DNA of 19,412 bases, taken from Macrostomum lignano (lineage: Eukaryota). Location of the stretch: contig NIVC01004037.1 of NCBI GenBank assembly GCA_002269645.1, positions 71,852 to 91,263 on the forward strand, read 5' to 3'. The number at the start of each line of letters is the position of its first letter. Within the stretch, counting starts at the first letter, position 1. This document shows positions 1 to 7,230 of this stretch, piece after piece. Made by a program: the position numbers and the translations under genes. The notes beneath the pieces were generated by a model. The model saw only the letters and a list, made by a program, of their open reading frames with translations, was not told where the DNA came from and searched no databases.

Positions 1-71
1 TTATGCTTGCTCTTTCCCGTTCTGCACTGTAGCTCGTACCAAAATTCTCTCTAATTGCCCAACACAGCAGC

Positions 72-650
72 ACCCACCCCATCCTCCGCTACCCACCCCA
101 CCTCTCGCTACCCACCCCATCCTCCCCTACCCACCACATCCTCCATTACCCACCCCATCCTCCCCTACCCACCACATCCTCCATTACCCACCCCATCCTC
201 CGCTATCCACCCCTCCTCCTCGCCCCATCCCCGCCCTACCCACCCACATCCTCCGCTACCCACCCATCCTCCGCTACCCACCCATCCTCCGTACCCCCCA
301 TCCTCCGTTACCCACCCATCCTCCGCTACTCACCCCATCCTCCGCTACCCACCTCATTCTCCGCTACCCGCTCCATCCCCGCTACCCACCCCATCCTCCG
401 TTACCCACCCCATCCTCCGCTACCCACCCATCCTCCGTTACCCACCCCATCCTCCGCTACCCACCCCATCCCCGCTACTCACCCCATCCTCCGCTACCTA
501 CCTCATTCTCCGCTACCCACTCCATCCCCCGCTACCCACCCATCCTCCACTACCACCCCATCCTCCGCTACCCACCCCATCCTCCGCTACCCACCCCATC
601 CTCGCTACCCACCCCATCCTCCGCCACCCACCCCATCTACGGTTACCCAC
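72..650. repeat. C-rich minisatellite, 18-19 bp unit (consensus about CCACCCCATCCTCCGCTAC), roughly 30 degenerate copies
   Basis: The unit recurs directly in the sequence. It explains the Pro/His-rich ORF 55..696. Confidence 0.95.
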
Positions 651-700
651 TTCAGCTTACCTAAACATGATCAAAACTCCTAAATTCAACACCTAAAAAC

Positions 701-728
701 TACGAGGGGCGTACTGAAAGTTTTGAGA
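701..728 (+). mobile_element. Possible solo mariner-type terminal inverted repeat remnant (TA-CGAGGGGCGTACTGAAAGTTTTGAG)
   Basis: Begins TA + CGAGGG, as many mariner TIRs do. No matching inverted partner or transposase sequence was seen in the window. Confidence 0.3.
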
Positions 729-836
729 TACACCGAAACCACAAATGTCTGAAGCAAAATTTCTGTCACAATTTTTCGAAGTAGCTCGTATCTTTGTTTT
801 CTAGTATTGAATATCATAAACGACCTTTCCTTGCAG

Positions 837-2600
837 GGCCCGTACTGTCAAGGTGACACGGTGAATGCGCGAACAGCCTCGGTCCGTGCAGCCCAGCGGG
901 CACCCTTCGCTGCCTCCGCAGAGGTCCGTCCGACCGTCTGAGCAGCTTCACCTGCACCTGCAAGCCGGGCTTCTCCGGTCCGCTCTGCCATCGACGCGTA
1001 GACCCGTGCGACAGCGTCGTGTGTCTCGGCGGCGGTCGCTGCGTCTTCGACAGCTCGGCTGGTCCCGCCTGCCTCTGCCCGCCCGGTCGCGCCGGTCAGC
1101 ACTGCCAGTTCATCGGCTCCGCCTGCGACGAATCGCCGTGCCGCGGCGCCGCCTCAACCTGCCGGCAGGTTCGCCTTGGCGGCGGCTTTCGTTGCCACTG
1201 CCAGCCGGGTCTGTGCGGCCCCACCTGCGCGGAACGGTGCCCGACGTTCGCGGAGGCGCGCAACCGCTGTCGCGAGGCCGGCTGCGACGTCCTCGCAGGC
1301 GACGGTCGCTGTGACAGGCGCTGCAGCGGGCCGGCCTGCGACTGGGACGGGGGCGACTGCGGCGGCCTGGGCGCTCGGCCGTGGGTGAACTGCACCGCTA
1401 TGAGGCTCGGCTTGGCCGCCTGCGACTCGGTGTACGCAGACGGCGAGTGCAACACAGTCTGCAACACCGAGGCCTGCCTGTTCGACGGCGGCGACTGTCG
1501 AGACGACGGCTGTCGGCGAGAGCGAAGCCCGACTCGGACCCGTGTCCCTATCGCTACTGCGCCGATCACTTCGCCGACGGCAGCTGCGACCGAGGCTGCG
1601 ACAGTCCCGCCTGTCTGTTGGACGGCGGTGACTGCGCTGAGCCGGCGGCCGCTCCGCCGTCCCAGTCGCCGGCGGCAGCAGCAGCGCCGCAGTCGTCTTC
1701 AAAGACATCCGCCGACGCGACTGCTTCGATGTGGCGCGAATCCCAACTCGACAAAACTGCTGCTAGCGAGCTGCTGGAACTGGAGGTGGCGGCGTCTCCA
1801 GCCGAAGCGTCCGAGGCCATCCGTTCGCTGACGCGAAGTCTGTCCCGCAACCTGGGCACGCTTCTGCGACTTGTCCAGCCTCCGGTGGCCGCCACCGTCC
1901 CTGGCTCGGCTGACGCATCGCTGGTCAGATTCCAGCTGGACGCTTGCTTGGACGCCAAGACTTTTTCCAGCTCGTCAGCCGCTGACGCCAATCAAGACGC
2001 GTCGCTGACCGATTTCTGCTATCGAAGCGCAAACTTCGCAGCCCAGGCGGTGGCGGCCGGGGTCATGTCCAGCCGCCTGCTGCTGCCCCTGCGGCTGCGT
2101 CGGGTTACTTCGGTTGGCAGCGGTGACAGCCAGTTGTCTGCGGCGGGTAGCGGTGGCGGCCGCAACAGGAGCGGCGGCGGGGGCGGCGGCGGCGGGGCGG
2201 CGGCGTGATCGGAGTGAGTCGCTCTGGCGGAGTCGGCAGCTTCCTGCTGCCAGCTGCAGTGGCAGCCGCCTGCCTGCTGGTGCTGGGCCTGCTGCTCGGT
2301 TTCCTTCTCAGCGCCATGCGCCGAGGCGGCGTCGTGGCCGAGACGGACGGCAACAATGAAGCAGGAAGATTCCGTGGGTGTCGTCGGCAGGCGCGAGTCA
2401 CGGTGCCGCTAAGCCTGACCGCCTCGCCTGTGGCGGGCGCTGGCACGGTGGATTCAGCCTCGATGGCTCCACCGCCAGCTGCCAGCCTGAGCGGCTCTCC
2501 GCTGCCGCTGCACCGGCTGCAGCCGCATCATTATCAGTCACCGGCGCAGCTTCCAGTTCCTACGATGGCCTACCGAGCTCAGAGACTCGCTTTGGGTCAG
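837..2600 (+). CDS. Notch: Large internal exon of a Notch-like receptor: end of one EGF, 3 complete EGF repeats, 3 LNR repeats, NOD/NODP heterodimerisation domain, Gly-rich stalk, TM helix and start of the cytoplasmic tail. Interrupted by three -1 frameshifts (about 860, 1500-1545 and 2150-2205).
   Basis: Acceptor ctttccttgcAG ends at 836; donor CAG|GTGAGT starts at 2601. Stitched translation: GPYCQGD..ECANSLGPCSPAGTLRC..CTCKPGFSGPLC; LNR motifs CDWDGGDC, CLFDGGDC, CLLDGGDC; NOD-like LELEVAASPAEASEAIRSLTRSLSRNLGTLLRL; NODP-like SLVRFQLD..CYRSANFAAQAVAA; TM FLLPAAVAAACLLVLGLLLGFLLSAMRR. This domain order is diagnostic of the Notch family. Confidence 0.92.
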
Positions 2601-2800
2601 GTGAGTGACTACCGATTTTTGATTCTGAAATGCATTATGATTAGCTATTAGTATATGGATTTATGTAGTAGTATATTAATATTATTATATATAACTAACT
2701 CATTATTACTTTTCCTACAATTACTGATACTTATAACCAACGCTGACTCATACGAGCGACTACCGACAGAAGGTTTCATCTGCCTAGTTAAGGTTCGATC

Positions 2801-2924
2801 CAACACCATCAGACCCTATCCAACACCATCAGACCCTATCCAACACCATCAGACCCTATCCAACACCATCAGACCCTATCCAACACCATCAGACCCTATC
2901 CAACACCATCAGACCCTATCCAAC
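2801..2924. repeat. Perfect 20 bp tandem repeat (CAACACCATCAGACCCTATC) x6, intronic
   Basis: Six identical copies at 2801-2920 plus partial flanking copies. Confidence 0.97.
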
Positions 2925-3381
2925 TATCCAACTATCCTATCCAAAATCATTAGATCAGTCTAAAAGCCTTCGAACTACTCGTAATGGGAAAAAATGAGAA
3001 TTTTTGCTTTCCTCTGCTTTCGCACTAACCAGCCTAGCCTTTTACTAGCTCGTACCCAACAAGACTCGGTGCAAAGAGACGCTCTGCAGAGTATCCATTG
3101 CTCACGCTAATCTAGTTAGCAACTATTAATAAAAGAAGCAAAACATGCACAAGATAGCAAGCAGTCTAGTGTAGACACAAGATTGAGTCTGACAGGCCCA
3201 AAAGCAGATTTGGCGGCACCGATGACAGCAGCCGTATTAGATGCCAGGATGCCCCATCACTTTTAACGTCTGTCCCATTATCTCGCCAACTCATCTAAAT
3301 CGCTGATTTCGATCAGCTCCAAGCATCGCCAAGCATCAAACAGTTTCTCTTCTTTCTACAAAAACCATCAAATTTGTCCAG

Positions 3382-3598
3382 ACGGCCTCGTCGCCAGGCA
3401 GCTTGAGTCTGCATCCGGCAACTGACTCGGACTTCTCTGAGTTGCCAATGTCTGCAGCAACAACAACAACTGCTGCTACTGCTGCTACGTGTTCAGCAGC
3501 TTCGGGACCGGCAACTGCAGGACCGTCAGAACCGTCCCCCAGCGGGCTGGCAGCAGAGCGGAGCCGCGACGACTGTTGGTGGAAGCCAAGAAAGAGAA
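3382..3598 (+). CDS. Candidate next exon of the Notch-like gene (low-complexity Ser/Thr/Ala cytoplasmic tail ending ..DDCWWKPRKR)
   Basis: Acceptor aatttgtccAG at 3380-3381 gives phase 0, matching the phase-0 donor at 2600. GC-rich open frame (ORF 3403..3702). Possible donor A|GTACGC at 3599. No homology support; the frame could instead run to the stop at 3702. Confidence 0.4.
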
Positions 3599-3801
3599 GT
3601 ACGCTTGTGACACTTGTACGCTTGTACAATGACGCTCGACCATCGTGTAAATTTTGCTGCAAATGCATTGGCAAGACATATATGATGTTTTCAGCTTTTT
3701 AGCGCTGGATTTTAGCACCTCCTAGCCTTCCAAATAATATATATCAATACATATTTGCAACCGGGTTGTTAGCACTACATCTTCCCACAATCAGTACTGA
3801 C

Positions 3802-3903
3802 GGCAATTATGCCCATTCCGGTGACCCCTGAGTACATACATAATCGCTCCCATACTGTACGCAGGCTTGCACTCGTACACACGATCACACAGGGTGTACA
3901 GCG
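3802..3903 (+). repeat. Diverged interspersed repeat, copy A (homologous to 10118-10221)
   Basis: Shares the blocks GCCCATTCCG, CCCTGAG, ATAC(T)GTACGCAG and CACACAGG(A)GTGTACAGCG, in the same order, with copy B. Confidence 0.75.
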
Positions 3904-4374
3904 TGTACACACGCTCACCCTTTGACTTTTTAATCACCAATTATTGAACAGTTTTGTTTTACTAAGCTAGGGGTCACGAGAAAATTCCATCTGGAAAGAA
4001 GCCTCTTAATAGAAAGGAACAAAGAACTGAATGATCTGGGAACTGGGAACTTTCTATCTCGAAATGAATTCTTCAGTGAAAATTGTCCAGCAACAAAACT
4101 TGCTCGTCTTCTGCTTTAGTTGATAAGAGCAACAGGTAGGTATGCGTGTTGCGTAAGTGTCAGGAGCATGGTTGATATTTTTAACGATAGCCCTAATTAC
4201 TGATTCTTTTAGTTATTGACGCTACTGAAAATAATAATTACGTTTCCTTCAGCAGTTTCTTTTAAAAATAAAATACACATGCCGTCTTACTACTAGTTTA
4301 AATAGTAGAATAATAAACATTTATCTGTAGAATTTTGATTCTTATAAACGACTACACAAAAATTATCTTTCTAG

Positions 4375-4535
4375 ATCGTCAGCGATGGTTCAACAGTCTT
4401 GAGCATCGGCGTTCGATCAGCCTCATCCAGCAGCATCTCCAGCAGCAGCAGCAGCAGCAATTGCATCTTCAACAACAGCAGCAGTTTTGGCAATGGAAGG
4501 AGAATCTGGGCTCGCTGACTGGAAGTGCAGTGTGA
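4375..4535 (+). CDS. Candidate terminal exon of the Notch-like gene with a polyQ (opa-like CAG) tract
   Basis: Acceptor ttatctttctAG at 4373-4374. Frame (N)RQRWFNSLEHRRSISLIQQHLQQQQQQQLHLQQQQQ..GSAV*. Phase 1 matches the candidate donor at 3599. AT-rich sequence follows. A poly-Ser reading in another frame is also possible. Confidence 0.45.
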
Positions 4536-4853
4536 CGATTGCTGCTAGGCAACTTTAATGTGCTATAAATCAAAACGCGTCATAAGATCTCTATTTTAAA
4601 CCATTCGCTAATCGCAAAGCGAACTATTTCATATCAATCTACTTGAGTTTGAAAACAATTTACTTACAAATTTAATGTTCTTTTTTTAACATGTCAAAAA
4701 TGTATGATTTATATTGTAATAATTTTTCTAAGAATCTATTATATTTAACACTGCATTTTCTAGGCAAAGTAACCATCTATCTGGAAACGCAGTTTCTAGT
4801 ATTTCTAGCCATATTGCATCTAGCAGGCCTAAGGCGTATTGAAGCGAGGTTTA

Positions 4854-4859
4854 AATAAA
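4854..4859 (+). promoter_or_regulatory. Possible polyadenylation signal (AATAAA) for the Notch-like gene
   Basis: AATAAA about 320 nt after the candidate stop. The hexamer is common in AT-rich DNA. Confidence 0.2.
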
Positions 4860-5181
4860 CGCTCGACAGTCCTGTCGGCTGAGAATGTCTATGGCCAAAA
4901 TCCATTTGATCCAGTGTGAAACGGCCGCGGTCTGGCTATCTGTGTTCAATCCTCACTTGGCGCTATGCTGATAATATTGATTGACTGCTTGGGCAAAAAC
5001 GACCATAATGTATCGATAAGCTCTTTTAAGCACTCGTAACTCGTCAAAATTGTTCTCAAATAAAAACGTCTTGTAGAAAAATTTTGTTAAAACCAGTGCA
5101 TTGTCTAATGAAGCCAGCTATGCAAACAGTGTTTAAACAAGTGTTTTTAATGGCTCTGGCGCCCCTTGATGCTAAAGCATC

Positions 5182-5827
5182 AAACCCAGTTTCCACTGAC
5201 CGAGAAGGAACTGTTAGACAAACCCAGTTTCCACTGACCGAGAAGGAACTGCTAGACAAACCCAGTTTCCACTGACCGAGAAGGAACTGCTAGACAAACC
5301 CAGTTTCCACTGACCGAGAAGGAACTGCTAGACAAACCCAGTTTCCACTGATCGAGCAGGAACTGTTAGACAAACCCAGTTTCCACTGACCGAGAAGGAA
5401 CTGCTAGACAAACCCAGTTTCCACTGATCGAGAAGGAACTGCTAGACAAACCCAGTTTCCACTGATCGAGAAGGAACTGTTAGACAAACCCAGTTTCCAC
5501 TGACCGAGAAGGAACTGTTAGACAAACCCAGTTTCCACTGATTGAGCAGGAACTGTTAGACAAACCCAGTTTCCACTGATCGAGCAGGAACTGTTAGACA
5601 AACCCAGTTTCCACTGATCGAGAAGGAACTGCTAGACAAACCCAGTTTCCACTGACCGAGCAGGAACTGCTAGACAAACCCAGTTTCCACTGACCGAGAA
5701 GGAACTGCCAGACAAACCCAGTTTCCACTGACCGAGCAGGAACTGTTAGATAAACCCAGTTTCCACTGACCGAGAAAGAACTGTTAGACAAACCCAGTTT
5801 CCACTGACCGAGCAGGAACTGTTAAAC
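5182..5827. repeat. 38 bp minisatellite (AAACCCAGTTTCCACTGAYCGAGMAGGAACTGYTAGAC) x17, head-to-tail
   Basis: Exact 38 bp period from 5182 to the last unit starting at 5790. No spacers; only a few variable positions. Confidence 0.97.
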
Positions 5828-7067
5828 AAAGCCAGCCATTTTTTCTCATTCAATAATAATCTCTATTACGTTTTCCGCACAAATCGGTTGGTGGAGATGC
5901 GAGTTGAGAGGCTCAAACCAGACGTATATAGGCAGCTAACTGCCGACTCTCCCACCATGCAGCGTCAAGCCCTGCTCAAATGCATTGTTTCATACGCAGC
6001 TAGGCTGCCTAATGCAGTCCCGCACTGCCGGTGAAAAACCATCATCGCATGCATACATCAGCAAATTCAGCTTGAAAAAGTTGATAGCGATTCACTGAAG
6101 CTTTTTGAATTTAAAACGGAATCTCTGTTTTTGCATGGTGACGCTTCCTGTCGAGGCTTAAAAAATTATACTATAAATTTCTGAACTGACTTACTCTTTG
6201 TATCGGCCAAAAAATCAGCTTTTTTTCTTGTTCTGTGAGCAAAATAAAGTAATGCATAAGTGTAATATTCTCGTAGTGCACTTGTTTTATCCACTAGTTT
6301 CAGAACGGAAATAAAATTTGGATCTATTGTCTGGGTTTTCTACCAATGACTATTCAGTAATTCTCCACAGAAAAGCTATGGTAATATCACGTGCCTATAA
6401 TCTAAATCCGATGCACTTTCTACAATAATTCCTGAGTAAAGTAGTTTAACTGTCTGTTTTACAGAAAGTCCTTATTCGATATGCTTTTCATGCCACATGT
6501 TGCCTCTATTCGAAATTGTGGTGGCGTGTGAAATGTGTCTGGGTTGTTGGTGCTGGGTTGATTTGTGTGTTTCATAGGGGTTGCGCTGCTCTGGCGTTAT
6601 TTTGTCTTCTCTCTGTACTGCTCTGGCGTTTTAGTCCCTTTCTACGAGTACAATAAATAGTTGTCGAATATATAAGTCGAGTATACCAGCCCAACTCTGC
6701 ATCGCGTGGCGCAATAGCGTCACTCAAAAGTCAATACTGGGCCTAGAATTTACTCCGCACTCTCAAAGCTGGTGACTTTTTAATTTTGCTGAGTATATTT
6801 AAAATCTGAAAAGTAGGATACTGAGAATCTTGCGCATGCCTTATCCATGCTTTTCTGTCTGGCAAAATTCAAGAAGAAGACTCTCCCTGGAATCTACTTG
6901 GTTCATTCACTATTCGGAAGTCCGAAAGTTTGGACTTCCGTTACCGTCAAAAATTAAAATTACGATCTTTTTTCTGCAAAAAACCGGCCGCATATTTCGA
7001 AATCTATAAGCTTGAGTAGCATCTTTTGATTTTGCTAATTACAGGATTGTACTTCACGAGAAAAAAC

Positions 7068-7073
7068 TTTATT
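7068..7073 (-). promoter_or_regulatory. Possible polyadenylation signal for the M13 peptidase gene
   Basis: TTTATT on + (AATAAA on -), about 160 nt downstream of the stop at 7231. Confidence 0.3.
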
Positions 7074-7230
7074 CAGTGCAAAACAATGAATGAAAAATAG
7101 GCACGCCTAAGTTCTTCATATTGTTCTATTGAATATCCAAACTCTGTTGAAAATTCATTCTTTGCAACAGGATATTGAGGAGGCCATCAACACATAGGGG
7201 ATGCTTATTTTTCATTTTTACTGTCTCTTT

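Noticed and set aside
55-696. 213 aa Pro/His-rich ORF resembling an extensin or mucin
   Set aside because: It is the translation of the 18-19 bp minisatellite. The unit is often not a multiple of 3, and the C-rich strand simply lacks stop codons.
837-2210. Programmed ribosomal frameshifting or insertion editing as the cause of the frameshifts
   Set aside because: No X XXY YYZ slippery heptamers were noticed at the shift sites. Five events in two unrelated genes are better explained by assembly error or decay.
848-2608. Overlapping and antisense ORFs across the Notch-like exon (848..1102, 865..1314, 1096..1569, 1154..1708, 1566..1991, 2105..2446 and others)
   Set aside because: Shadow ORFs of GC-rich coding DNA with no independent domain signal.
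2655-2963. 102 aa ORF with a hydrophobic start
   Set aside because: AT-rich intron sequence plus the 20 bp tandem repeat; starts just after a consensus splice donor.
5182-5827. CRISPR array (38 bp repeat)
   Set aside because: The units are head-to-tail with no unique spacers, there are no cas genes, and the context is eukaryotic.
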